Below, in pieces: positions 28,423-37,396 of a stretch of DNA of 50,049 nucleotides (positions are counted from its first letter, which is position 1; each line of letters opens with the position of its first letter). Position numbers and translations under genes: made by a program. Source of the DNA: Actinomycetales bacterium (GTDB lineage Bacteria; Actinomycetota; Actinomycetes; Actinomycetales; CAVURS01); assembly GCA_045807245.1 (NCBI GenBank), contig JBJMHS010000037.1, positions 1 through 50,049 on the forward strand. Reading direction: 5' to 3'. The notes below the pieces were generated by a model. That model worked only from the letters and a program-made list of their open reading frames with translations. It was not told the DNA's origin and made no database searches.

Positions 28423-29321
28423 TGCCGGAGGCACCCGGGCCGCTGACCACCGGACGCGGACGCCGCAACCAGCTGGGCCGGAGCTCGGCTCGGCGCCTGC
28501 AGGTCGTGCGGTCGGTGCGGGCGCAGCTGGTGCGGGCCCGAACTGCGACGGCCGGCCTGCGCGCCCTGCCGGACTTCATCATCATCGGCGCGCAGAAGGC
28601 GGGTACGACGTCGCTGTACGCGTATCTCAGCGCGCACCCTCAGGTCCGGCCCGGCCTGTTCAAGGAGGCGCACTTCTTCGACCTGCGGTTCGACCTCGGC
28701 GAGCGCTGGTACCGCTCGGTCTTCCCGCTGCGCGCGCGGCTGAGCCGGGCGCACGCGATCACCGGCGAGGCGAGCCCTTACTACCTGTTCCATCCGCTGG
28801 CCGCGGAGCGCGCGGCGAGCGTCGTTCCCGAGGCCCGGCTCATCGTGCTGTTGCGTGACCCGGTCGAGCGGGCCTGGTCGCACTACCGCCACGAGGTCGC
28901 CGCCGGGCACGAGCAGCTGAGCTTCCTGGCCGCCCTCGAGGCGGAGCCGCGCCGGCTCGCGGGCGCCGAGGAGGCGATCCGCGCCGGGAGGTCACCAGAG
29001 CTGGCCGAGAACCACCGCCGGTTCGGGTACGTCGCCCGCGGCCGGTACGCCGAGCAGCTCGAGCGGTGGTTCGCGGTGTTCGGGCGAGACCAGGTGCTGG
29101 CGCTGCGGGCCGAGGACCTGTTCGGCGACCCCGCGGAGACCTGGCGCCGGACCCAGGAGTTCCTCGGCCTGCCCCAGGCGCTGCACGAGAACTTCGCCGC
29201 CCACAACGCCCAGCCGTCGGTCAACATCCCGGCCGGTGCCCGTGAGCTCCTCGACGAGGCGTTCCGGAAGCCGAACGAGGACCTCACCGCACTGCTCGGT
29301 CCCCACCTCACGTGGCCCTAG
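28422..29321 (+). CDS. PAPS-dependent sulfotransferase (heparan-sulfate 3-O/N-sulfotransferase-like)
   Basis: 5'-PSB motif PDFIIIGAQKAGTTSLY, KEAHFFD, GEASPYY and 3'-PB motif LRDPVERAWSHY. TGATG overlap with the GT stop. Confidence 0.92.
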   Translation: MPEAPGPLTTGRGRRNQLGRSSARRLQVVRSVRAQLVRARTATAGLRALPDFIIIGAQKAGTTSLYAYLSAHPQVRPGLFKEAHFFDLRFDLGERWYRSVFPLRARLSRAHAITGEASPYYLFHPLAAERAASVVPEARLIVLLRDPVERAWSHYRHEVAAGHEQLSFLAALEAEPRRLAGAEEAIRAGRSPELAENHRRFGYVARGRYAEQLERWFAVFGRDQVLALRAEDLFGDPAETWRRTQEFLGLPQALHENFAAHNAQPSVNIPAGARELLDEAFRKPNEDLTALLGPHLTWP

Positions 29322-29356
29322 ACGGGTCTGCCTCGGGGCACTAGGAACGACTCGTC

Positions 29357-30454
29357 ATGGGCACCGAGATCCTCGACTTCGACCACGCACCCGAGCCGCG
29401 TGGCGACCGGCCCTCGCCGAGCCCGGCCGGCGGCAAGACCCCGCGCGTCCCCGAGTTCGTCGAGGACCTGGACGACGACGAGGCGGGCCAGAACGACACA
29501 GGCCGGACCGGCTCCTCCAGGCCCGTCCCGGTCGGGCGCCGGGTCGCTCTGGCGCTCGAGCGCCTGCGCGCGGACCGCAGACGTCAGCGTCACCTGCTCC
29601 AGCTCCTCGGCGGGGGTCTGGTGCTGGTGCTCGCCACGACCTTCGTCGCCAACCACCAGGCGGACCGCAAAGCGGCGGCCGCGGCGCAGGCCCGGCTGGC
29701 CGTCGACCTGCGCATCGACCAGCTCCCCGAGCTCAACCCGCGGACCGACGCCGACCCGGACATCGGAGCCGGCTCGATGACGGTCAAGCTGCACAACCTC
29801 GGCGAGCGCGACGTCCGGTTCACCGGGCTCCTGTACCGGTTCGACGGCCAGCCGGCGCCGGGCCGGACGCTCCTCGATGCCGACGTCACCGTGCGCCCGG
29901 ACGACGTCATGAACCGCCCGTTCGCGGTCACCCTCCCGTGCGGCCGCAGGCCGGCACCGGCCATCCCCGGGCCCGCGGCCCTGACCGGACTGGTGGAGAC
30001 CGCAGACGGCAGGACGCACGTGGTGCCGGTCGACGTGAGCGCACTGGACGTGTTCGGCGGTCTCTTCTCACCCTGCCGGCTGTACTCCCAGCTGGCCGGC
30101 GAGTACGACGCGAACTCCCAGATCGTGGGCAGCGGCGTCCGCATCACGCTGACCATGCCCGTCGTCGAGCTGGTCGGTGCCAACTTCGTCGAGGTCGGCG
30201 TGCAGCGCGACGGCGTGCCGTCGGTCATCGGCTTCGCCACCACGCCGACGTTGCCGGAGCGAGCCCGCGCCGGCACGCGGATCTCCATCGTGGTGCGACC
30301 GGTCGTCAGCCGCTGTCCGACCCGCTTCGACCCGACGGCGGCGCTCGCGTTGGGGCTGCGCATCGGCTCGGACACCTACCCCGACCCCTACCTGCCCCTC
30401 CAGGTGGCGCGAGAGGTCGGCCGGGTGTGTGCCGACGCCGCCCGTGGAGGCTGA
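29357..30454 (+). CDS. Single-pass membrane hypothetical protein
   Basis: Charged N-terminus, one TM segment (LLQLLGGGLVLVLATTFVA) and a beta-rich C-terminal region with four Cys. GC3-biased codons. Confidence 0.72.
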   Translation: MGTEILDFDHAPEPRGDRPSPSPAGGKTPRVPEFVEDLDDDEAGQNDTGRTGSSRPVPVGRRVALALERLRADRRRQRHLLQLLGGGLVLVLATTFVANHQADRKAAAAAQARLAVDLRIDQLPELNPRTDADPDIGAGSMTVKLHNLGERDVRFTGLLYRFDGQPAPGRTLLDADVTVRPDDVMNRPFAVTLPCGRRPAPAIPGPAALTGLVETADGRTHVVPVDVSALDVFGGLFSPCRLYSQLAGEYDANSQIVGSGVRITLTMPVVELVGANFVEVGVQRDGVPSVIGFATTPTLPERARAGTRISIVVRPVVSRCPTRFDPTAALALGLRIGSDTYPDPYLPLQVAREVGRVCADAARGG

Positions 30455-30570
30455 GTGCGGCGCTGAGCCGAGTGGTTGAACGACCCTTCACCTACGGGTC
30501 GGGGCGGACGACGACAGGAACACGGTCTCTGGCCCAGGGGCCCGCTCAGCGCGCAGCCAGGTAGGACGAC

Positions 30571-31992
30571 ATGACCGTGACCACCATGGAAGGCCAATGG
30601 TCGGCCCGACCGTGGCTGTCCGGTGTGCTGCGCGTCGCCATCGTCGGCGTACCGGTGCTGGTCGGTGCGGTCGCCGCCCGCCTGCTCGCCGTCCAGGTCG
30701 CCGACTGGCACAACCGTTGGGGCGCCGTCGCCGTCGTCGCCGCGGCCGCCGTGGGTGTCAGCGTCTCGGTCTCGCGACTGACCAACCGGTTGCTTCCTCT
30801 GGCGTTGCTGCTGCGCATGACCATGCTCTTCCCCGACCAGGCCCCGAACCGGATCAAGGTGGCCCGTCAGACCACCAGCGTGAGCGAGCTCAAGGTCAAG
30901 CTGCACAGCCAGCGCCTGGACGAGTCGGAGGCGGCAGCAACGATGCTCGCCCTGGTGACGGCGCTCGGGCGGCACGACCGGCAGACCCGCGGCCACAGCG
31001 AGCGGGTCCGCCTGTTCTGTGACCTGCTCGCGTCGGAGCTCAACCTGTCCCGCGCCGACGCCGGCCGGCTGCGGTGGGCGGCCTTGGTCCACGACATAGG
31101 CAAGCTCGAGACGCCGGCGATGGTGCTCAACAAGCCAGGCAAGCTCGACGCGCGGGAGTGGGTTCTCATCAAGCAGCACCCCCAGGCAGGCGCCCGGCTG
31201 GCGGCGCCCCTGCAGGGTTGGCTCGGACCGTGGTTCAGCGGGATCGCCGAGCATCACGAACGGTACGACGGCCTGGGCTACCCGCGTGGCTTGGCGGCGA
31301 CGAACATCTCGCCGTCCGGACGAGCCATCGCCGTGGTCGACGCGTTCGAGACCATGACGGCCGCCCGCTCCTACAAGGCAGCGGTCACGACGATCGCCGC
31401 GCGGGCCGAGCTGACTCGGTGCGCGGGCAGTCACTTCGACCCGGTCGTCGTCCGCGCCTTCCTGCGGATCGCGTTGCCGCGACTGGTGTGGACCGTAGGC
31501 CCGCTCGCGTTCGTGGTGAATGCTCCCTACCTGGCCTGGCTCGGACAGACCGGCCGTGGACTCGGCCAGGTCGTCACCGCGTCGACCGCCACGGCGGCGC
31601 ATGCGGCCGGTGTGGCGGCGGTCGCGGTCGCGGTGAGTACGGCCACACCGGCAATGTCGGCCGACGCGATCAAGCCCGAGCCCCTCCAGAAGCACCACTA
31701 CAAGTCGACGCACGGACAACGCGCCACGGAGTCGAAGACCGAGCATCACCAGACGTCCGAGCCCGCCACGCCACAGAAGGCCCCGCCGGCCAAGTACGCC
31801 GCCGCGCCGCCTCCGGTCGCCGCGACGACGGCGGCGCCAAGCCCCGCCGAGGCCTCGACCGCGGCAACCGCCGAGTCGGCCGCCGGAAGCGGTGAGAGCG
31901 CGTCCGAGCGGGCTCATCGGCATCAGCGGCACCGCAGGCATCATCGGCACCATCGCGGTGGTACAGATGACCACGCGGTGTCGCCAAAGTAA
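30571..31992 (+). CDS. Membrane-bound HD-GYP domain c-di-GMP phosphodiesterase
   Basis: Two N-terminal TMs, TRGHSERV, ALVHDIGK, HHERYDGLGYPRGL, VVDAFETMT and HFDP, then a low-complexity tail. Confidence 0.9.
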   Translation: MTVTTMEGQWSARPWLSGVLRVAIVGVPVLVGAVAARLLAVQVADWHNRWGAVAVVAAAAVGVSVSVSRLTNRLLPLALLLRMTMLFPDQAPNRIKVARQTTSVSELKVKLHSQRLDESEAAATMLALVTALGRHDRQTRGHSERVRLFCDLLASELNLSRADAGRLRWAALVHDIGKLETPAMVLNKPGKLDAREWVLIKQHPQAGARLAAPLQGWLGPWFSGIAEHHERYDGLGYPRGLAATNISPSGRAIAVVDAFETMTAARSYKAAVTTIAARAELTRCAGSHFDPVVVRAFLRIALPRLVWTVGPLAFVVNAPYLAWLGQTGRGLGQVVTASTATAAHAAGVAAVAVAVSTATPAMSADAIKPEPLQKHHYKSTHGQRATESKTEHHQTSEPATPQKAPPAKYAAAPPPVAATTAAPSPAEASTAATAESAAGSGESASERAHRHQRHRRHHRHHRGGTDDHAVSPK

Positions 31993-32033
31993 CCACGCTG
32001 CGTTTCAGAACTGTGACGTTTGAGCAGGGGCTC

Positions 32034-32069
32034 TCACGGTGCGTGATCAACCGATCTCACGTAGTGTGA
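32034..32069. promoter_or_regulatory. Tandem TCAC-N5-GTGA palindromes (BldD-box-like) overlapping a -10-like TAGTGT
   Basis: TCAC-GGTGC-GTGA at 32034-32046 and TCAC-GTAGT-GTGA at 32057-32069, both preceded by TC. Confidence 0.6.
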
Positions 32070-32076
32070 GCAGAAG

Positions 32077-32123
32077 GACGGCGCCCCTGCCCTCAACTTC
32101 ATCGGCAGTGCGGGGGCGCCGTC
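32077..32123. other. Stable hairpin (terminator or small-RNA body)
   Basis: Perfect 11-bp stem GACGGCGCCCC/GGGGCGCCGTC with an inner TGCC/GGCA stem and loop CTCAACTTCATC. Confidence 0.6.
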
Positions 32124-32178
32124 TCGGCATCAGACCCTAGCGGTGCAGCGGCGGACCCGACTCGGCTCGACCGCCGGC

Positions 32179-32901
32179 CTAGGAGCGTCTGTGGACGCGC
32201 AGGTCGAACACGCCGGGCACGTGCCACTCGGTCGAGCGCATGATTGGGCTCGCGTCGTCGGTGTAGTCGACCTCGTCGATGCGCTGCAGAGCCGTGCCAC
32301 GCCGTACGTCGAGCAGCCGGGCCAGGCGCGCGCCGGCGACCACCGGCAACAGCACCGCGGACGCGGTGCGGACATGCGCGCCGACGGCGTGCAGCACGTC
32401 GTACAGACCGGTGCTGAGGTCCGCATCGGCGACCTCGTCCAACCAGTGCGCGGCCACGATGTCCAGCGAGTAGATGACCGGGCGGCCGTCCGCCGTACGC
32501 AGGCGTTCCAGCACCCGTACGGCGGCGCCGTCGTCCAGGCCGAGGTCGACCGCCTCGTCGGAGTCGGCGGGCCGAACGGTCGTCGACAGCAGTCGCAGGC
32601 CGGGCTCCATGCCGGCCTGGCGGATCATCTGCGTGTAGCTCAGCGTCGTGTCCAGCGCGTGCTGGCGGCCGGGCGGTGACGAGACGAACGTCCCACTGCC
32701 GTGACGCCGCACCAGGTAGCCGCTCTCGACCAGACCGCCGACGGCCTCGCGCACCGTGGCCCGGCTCACCCCGAACCGGCCGGCCAGCTCCTGCTCGTTC
32801 GGCAGCTTGGTGCCGATGGGCGTCGACCCGCTCAGGACGTCGGACAGCAGACCGTGCCGTACCTCGTCGATCCGGCTGGGCCGGGCTGGCATCCGAACCA
32901 T
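32179..32901 (-). CDS. GntR-family regulator, HutC subfamily (wHTH + UTRA)
   Basis: LPNEQELAGRFGVSRATVREAV..L...G...RRHGSGTFV and UTRA motif LERLRTADGRP. Confidence 0.93.
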   Translation of the reverse strand: MVRMPARPSRIDEVRHGLLSDVLSGSTPIGTKLPNEQELAGRFGVSRATVREAVGGLVESGYLVRRHGSGTFVSSPPGRQHALDTTLSYTQMIRQAGMEPGLRLLSTTVRPADSDEAVDLGLDDGAAVRVLERLRTADGRPVIYSLDIVAAHWLDEVADADLSTGLYDVLHAVGAHVRTASAVLLPVVAGARLARLLDVRRGTALQRIDEVDYTDDASPIMRSTEWHVPGVFDLRVHRRS

Positions 32902-32947
32902 GTCCCTTCGCGGCGGGTGCGGCCGGGTGGCCGCTCAGCAAAGGACC

Positions 32948-33622
32948 CTACGAGATCGCGGCGATCGCAAGCACTTCACGGACCTGCGCCGCCACGTCGG
33001 GCGCGCCCGGCAGCAGGCCGTCGAAGATGGCACTGCCGATGGTGAACCCCCACGCACCGGCTTGCGACAGGTCACGGATCTGCTCGGCCGACGTCACGGA
33101 GCCCGCCGCGATGACCGGTCCGTGGGCGGCCTCGACCACCGCACGGGTCAGGGCGGGAACGTCGGCTGTCGCGTGCCGGTAGGCGAGCAGGTCCAGGCCG
33201 TGCACACCGGGCCTCGAGGTCAGATCGGCTGCGCTGGCAGCGATCTCGTCGATCTCGCCCTCGAGCACACTGGGGTGGCCGACGACCCGGCCTGGGAACG
33301 GGCAGTACTTGATGCCGGTCCCCTCCAGGAGCGGCAGCGCCGCATCGGGGTTGGTGCCGCCCAGGACCCAGTCCACCCCGGCCGCGATGGCGGCTCGCAC
33401 CGACCGCACCTCGTCCTCGCGGCTGACCGAGACCACTTCCAGCATCGTCTCCAGTCCCGCGTGGCGCGCGGCTTCGGCGATCGCGGCCTGGGTCTCGGCG
33501 TCGGCTCCGACGTCCTTGAAACCGATGTAGCGCAAGCCGGTTGCCGCCATCGGCTCGACGAAGTCGATCGCGCCCGGGATGGTCGAGTCGGAGTGGGTCA
33601 GCATGAAGACGAAGTTGATCAT
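32948..33622 (-). CDS. Uncharacterised phosphate-binding TIM-barrel enzyme
   Basis: Alternating beta/alpha pattern with FMLT, IGFKDVG, LEVVS, GHPS.L.G, GLDLLAYR and C-terminal phosphate site AAGSV...FTIGSA. Confidence 0.75.
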   Translation of the reverse strand: MINFVFMLTHSDSTIPGAIDFVEPMAATGLRYIGFKDVGADAETQAAIAEAARHAGLETMLEVVSVSREDEVRSVRAAIAAGVDWVLGGTNPDAALPLLEGTGIKYCPFPGRVVGHPSVLEGEIDEIAASAADLTSRPGVHGLDLLAYRHATADVPALTRAVVEAAHGPVIAAGSVTSAEQIRDLSQAGAWGFTIGSAIFDGLLPGAPDVAAQVREVLAIAAIS

Positions 33623-34461
33623 CGAGGTCCTTCGGCGGGTGCGGGCAACAGGTCGGCCAGGGTCGAGATCACGAAGTCGGGCCGCACGTCGGACAGCGAC
33701 AGGTCCGATGCCGACGTGGCGCCGCTGAGCGCCAGCACGCCGGCCATGCCCAGTCGCTGGCCCATGACGACGTCGGTGGCGAGCCGGTCTCCGACCATGG
33801 CGGCCCGGCCGGCGGGCACGTCGAGCCGGGCGAGCAGCGCCTCACCCATGAGGCGGCTGGGCTTGCCGGCGACGACCTCGGCGGTCCGGCCGGTGCAGGC
33901 CTCGAGCGCGGCGAGCATGGCCGCGCAGTCGGGCAGCCCGCCGTCCGCCGTCGGGCAGTAGGGGTCGGGGTTGGTGGCCACGATGACGGCACCGGCGCGA
34001 ACGGCCTGGTACGCCGCGAGGAGCTTGGCGTACGTGAACCCGCGGTCGAAGGAGACCAGGACCACGTCCGTGTCCTGAGGATCGGTCACGACCCGGAGGC
34101 CGGAACGGCGGCAGACCGCGTCGACCAGCGGCTCGGCGATGGTCAGCACCCGCGCGCCACGGTGCTCGCGTGCGAGGTATCCCATCAGCGAGTCCAACGC
34201 TGTCACAACGTCTTCCGGCTCCGCCGGGATACCCAGCTCGCTCAGCTTCGCGGCGTACGCGGCCGAGTCCTCGAGTGGCTTGTTGGTCGCGAAGACGACT
34301 CGCGCCCCGAGCTCGCGCAGACGCCGTACCGCCTCACCGGCGTGCGGCAGGAGGCTGTCGTCGAGGTACACCGTGCCGTCGAGGTCCAGGGCGTAGCCGT
34401 CGTACACGGTCGTGGGCTTGCGGACGACACCACTCCCGGCCGCCGGTGGGGCCGCCGTCAT
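33619..34461 (-). CDS. HAD-IIA (NagD/AraL-like) sugar phosphatase
   Basis: DLDGTVY, TN, ATNPD, GKPS and MVGDRLATDV. Confidence 0.92.
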   Translation of the reverse strand: MTAAPPAAGSGVVRKPTTVYDGYALDLDGTVYLDDSLLPHAGEAVRRLRELGARVVFATNKPLEDSAAYAAKLSELGIPAEPEDVVTALDSLMGYLAREHRGARVLTIAEPLVDAVCRRSGLRVVTDPQDTDVVLVSFDRGFTYAKLLAAYQAVRAGAVIVATNPDPYCPTADGGLPDCAAMLAALEACTGRTAEVVAGKPSRLMGEALLARLDVPAGRAAMVGDRLATDVVMGQRLGMAGVLALSGATSASDLSLSDVRPDFVISTLADLLPAPAEGPR

Positions 34462-35921
34462 GGACCGGCCACCGTCGGACGGGCGGGCGCCGTCACCGCC
34501 GTTCGCCCGGACAGCGTGTCGTCGACGTCGCGGTCGGTCCAGAAGCCGGTCATCTCGGCCAGGTCGACGATGGTGAACCGGTCGCGCATCAGGTGACAGT
34601 TCTGCACCGCCCAGCGGGCCGTGCCCTGAGCGGGCGCGGGGTCGAGCGCGGTCATCGTGACCGGCGCGCCAGCCGACCGGAGTGTGGCCGACAGGAGCTC
34701 CGGCTCGACGAGCAGCGCGCCGATGCTCGCGTCGTGCGCCGCCCAGTCATCGCAGACCTGTTGGATCTCCTCCAGGTGCTCGTTGACCCACTGCAGCTTG
34801 CGCTGGTACGCCGACCAGCACTCGCGGGCCATCGCACCGGAGCGGTCGAGGTGGGTGAAGGCGTCGTGGACGCGCTCATGCAGTGCGGACGGGTCGAGCG
34901 GCCGGGCCACGCACTCGCCCGCGGACAGGCGAGCCCGCATCGCCGTCCAGATCCGCGCGACGACGACGCTGGCCACCCCGACCTGCGCGCCATGGTGAGC
35001 GGCGTTGCGGTGCAACGCCGTCGCGCTCATCTCGAGCAGGTGGCTGATCGTGTGCTCCGCGCCGGACGAGGGCGAGGTCCGGCCGGCCACCCCCATGGCC
35101 AGGCCCCCGTAGGTGAGCGACCGGGCGAGCGCCCGCACCGCAGCCGGCTCGTTGGCCCGCAGCCCCGGGGCGAGGGCCAACGTCTCCTCGATGCCGGTGC
35201 GCAGGACGGCCACTGCGGTCGGCGAGTACGACGGGTCGAACCCCACGGTCGCTGCCAGGTGCCAGTCGGCCGCGCCGGTGAACGTGGAGAGCAGGTCGCC
35301 CAGCCCGGACCGGGTCATCGCGACGGGCGCGGACGACAGCACCCGGGTGTCCACCACGAGCGCCTCCGGCCATCGGCTGGGGGTCGTCCGCTTGGTGCCG
35401 TTGACCAGCAGCACGGACTGGTCGTCGGCGTACCCGTTGACACTCGCCGCTGTCTGCACGACGACGTGAGCGAGGTCGCGCCGCTGAGCCACGACCTTGC
35501 CGATGTCAGCGATGGTGCCGGATCCGACGGAGACAAGGACTGCGGCGTCGGCGTCACCCACCGAACGCTCCGCGGTGTCGACGGTCTGCGCGTCGGCATG
35601 GAGGTCGGCGGCTCCCGGAGAGTCGAGCACGACCGGGCGGATGGCCCAGCGCCCGGCGAGGCCATCGTGCACGACGTCCAGCACATCGTGGTCGTCGCAG
35701 CGCTTGGGCACGTCGTCGGACAGCACCGCCACCGTGGCCCCGTCCGGCACGTCGAGCCGGGCGAGCACCTCAGGGAGGGCGGACAGCGCGTCGTCGCCCC
35801 ACACGACCTCGCGCAGGCCGACCCCGGCCAGACGCTCCTGCGCGCTCGCGCCCGCAAGCAGCGCCCGGACGTCGCCGAGGTCGTCGACCGCGGCCGGCTC
35901 GTCGAGCACAGGCTCGGTCAT
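34458..35921 (-). CDS. sn-glycerol-1-phosphate dehydrogenase-like (AraM/EgsA; Fe-ADH/DHQS fold)
   Basis: VGSGTIADIGK, TAASVNGY, SGLGD, SGAEHTISH and HGAQVGV metal ligands. Confidence 0.85.
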   Translation of the reverse strand: MTEPVLDEPAAVDDLGDVRALLAGASAQERLAGVGLREVVWGDDALSALPEVLARLDVPDGATVAVLSDDVPKRCDDHDVLDVVHDGLAGRWAIRPVVLDSPGAADLHADAQTVDTAERSVGDADAAVLVSVGSGTIADIGKVVAQRRDLAHVVVQTAASVNGYADDQSVLLVNGTKRTTPSRWPEALVVDTRVLSSAPVAMTRSGLGDLLSTFTGAADWHLAATVGFDPSYSPTAVAVLRTGIEETLALAPGLRANEPAAVRALARSLTYGGLAMGVAGRTSPSSGAEHTISHLLEMSATALHRNAAHHGAQVGVASVVVARIWTAMRARLSAGECVARPLDPSALHERVHDAFTHLDRSGAMARECWSAYQRKLQWVNEHLEEIQQVCDDWAAHDASIGALLVEPELLSATLRSAGAPVTMTALDPAPAQGTARWAVQNCHLMRDRFTIVDLAEMTGFWTDRDVDDTLSGRTAVTAPARPTVAGP

Positions 35922-37396
35922 GCGAGCGCACCCTCGACACCGTCGAACAGCGCGCGGTAGCGCGGGTAGGCGCGGGCATAGACCTCACTCGTCGCGGCCC
36001 GCGGCAGGTACGGCTCGTCGTCGGTGACGACAGCGGACTTGACCGCTTCGTCGAGGTCGGCGAACGTGCCGCAGGCGACCGCAGCCAGCAGAGCGGCACC
36101 GAGCGCCGTCGCCTCGGCCACGCGCACCGCACGGACCGGCTTGCCGGTCACGTCGGCCTTCGTCTGCAGCCACTCGACACTGCGCGCGCCGCCACCCACG
36201 ACGCGGATCTCCCTGCTGTCCAGGCCGAGGGCGGTGAACCGGTCAGTGACATCGCGCAGCGCGAAGCAGCATCCCTCGACGACGGCCCGGGCCAGGGACG
36301 CGGCCGTCGTCGCCATCGACAACCCGGCGAACGTGCCACGCATCGCGCCGTTCCATCGCGGCGCCATCGAGCCAGACAGAGCGGGAAGGAACAGCACGTC
36401 GTCGGCACCGGCGGGCGCGGAAGCGGCCAGGTTGAGCACTTCGGCCTGCGTCGTCCCGAGGACCTCTCGGGCCAGCCACAGGATGCTCCCGCCCGAGACG
36501 AACCCCGGGTTCTCGACCAGGTAGTGACCGGGTACGGCGTGCGCATGGGTCTCGACCAGACCGGTCGTGTCGAGCACCGGCGCCGCGGAGCAGGTGGCCA
36601 CCGGCTCGGCCGTCCCGGTGACGTCCGCGACGAGCCCGGGGGCGACGACGCCGGCTCCCAGCGAGCCGGCGTGGTCGTCGCCCGTGCCCACCAGCACGGA
36701 GCAGCCGGTCGTCAGGCCGAGCAGCCCGGCGGCCTCGGCGGTGAGCGGTCCGGCCACCTCGCCCGCCTCGGCGACCTCTCCGAGCTCGGCCGGCGTGATG
36801 CCCGTGACGGCCAGCAGCTCCTGGCTCCAGGCCCGCCGCTCGACGTCGTACAGGAGGCTGGAGGAGGCGTTCGCGTGGTCCAGGACGAGCCGACCGGTCA
36901 GCCACCGGACCAGGTAGGCGCACACCGGCGGGAAGGCGACGGCCGCCGCCGCGACCTCGGGCAGGTGCGCGCGGACCCAGAGGATCTTCGGCCCGGTGTG
37001 CGACGCATCGGCCGTCAGACCCGTGATCGCTCGCAGCCGGTCGGCGCCCACCCGCTCGACCAGCCCGGCCGTCTCCGCCTCGGCCCGCCGGTCCAGCCAG
37101 ATGATGGCGGGCGCGAGCGGTCGGCCAGCGGCGTCGACCGCGACGACGCCGTCGACCTGGGCCGCCAGGCTGAGCGCACGCACGTCGCCGGGGTCGACAC
37201 CCGCGTCGGCGAGCAGCCGGCGTACGACGGCCGCAAGGGCGGTCTCCCACGAGCGCGGCTCCTGCTCGGCCCACGCCGGCGACGGGTGGGCGGTCGACAA
37301 CGGCTCGCTGGCGATCGCACGGGTGCCGCCGGAGTCGTCGAGCAGCACCCCCTTGACGCTTTGCGAGCCGACGTCGACGCCGACGGCGAATCCCAT
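35918..37396 (-). CDS. FGGY-family carbohydrate kinase (xylulokinase-like)
   Basis: GVDVGSQSVK, AIIWLDRRA, GTGDD, TGT, LFLPALSG, AVVEG, GGGARS..WLQ..ADV and ALGAA. Confidence 0.93.
   Translation of the reverse strand: MGFAVGVDVGSQSVKGVLLDDSGGTRAIASEPLSTAHPSPAWAEQEPRSWETALAAVVRRLLADAGVDPGDVRALSLAAQVDGVVAVDAAGRPLAPAIIWLDRRAEAETAGLVERVGADRLRAITGLTADASHTGPKILWVRAHLPEVAAAAVAFPPVCAYLVRWLTGRLVLDHANASSSLLYDVERRAWSQELLAVTGITPAELGEVAEAGEVAGPLTAEAAGLLGLTTGCSVLVGTGDDHAGSLGAGVVAPGLVADVTGTAEPVATCSAAPVLDTTGLVETHAHAVPGHYLVENPGFVSGGSILWLAREVLGTTQAEVLNLAASAPAGADDVLFLPALSGSMAPRWNGAMRGTFAGLSMATTAASLARAVVEGCCFALRDVTDRFTALGLDSREIRVVGGGARSVEWLQTKADVTGKPVRAVRVAEATALGAALLAAVACGTFADLDEAVKSAVVTDDEPYLPRAATSEVYARAYPRYRALFDGVEGALA

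Noticed and set aside
34458..35921. Archaeal-type ether-lipid synthesis from the G1PDH homologue
   Set aside because: No GGGP synthase or prenyltransferase is nearby, and the kinase/transporter/GntR context points to catabolism.
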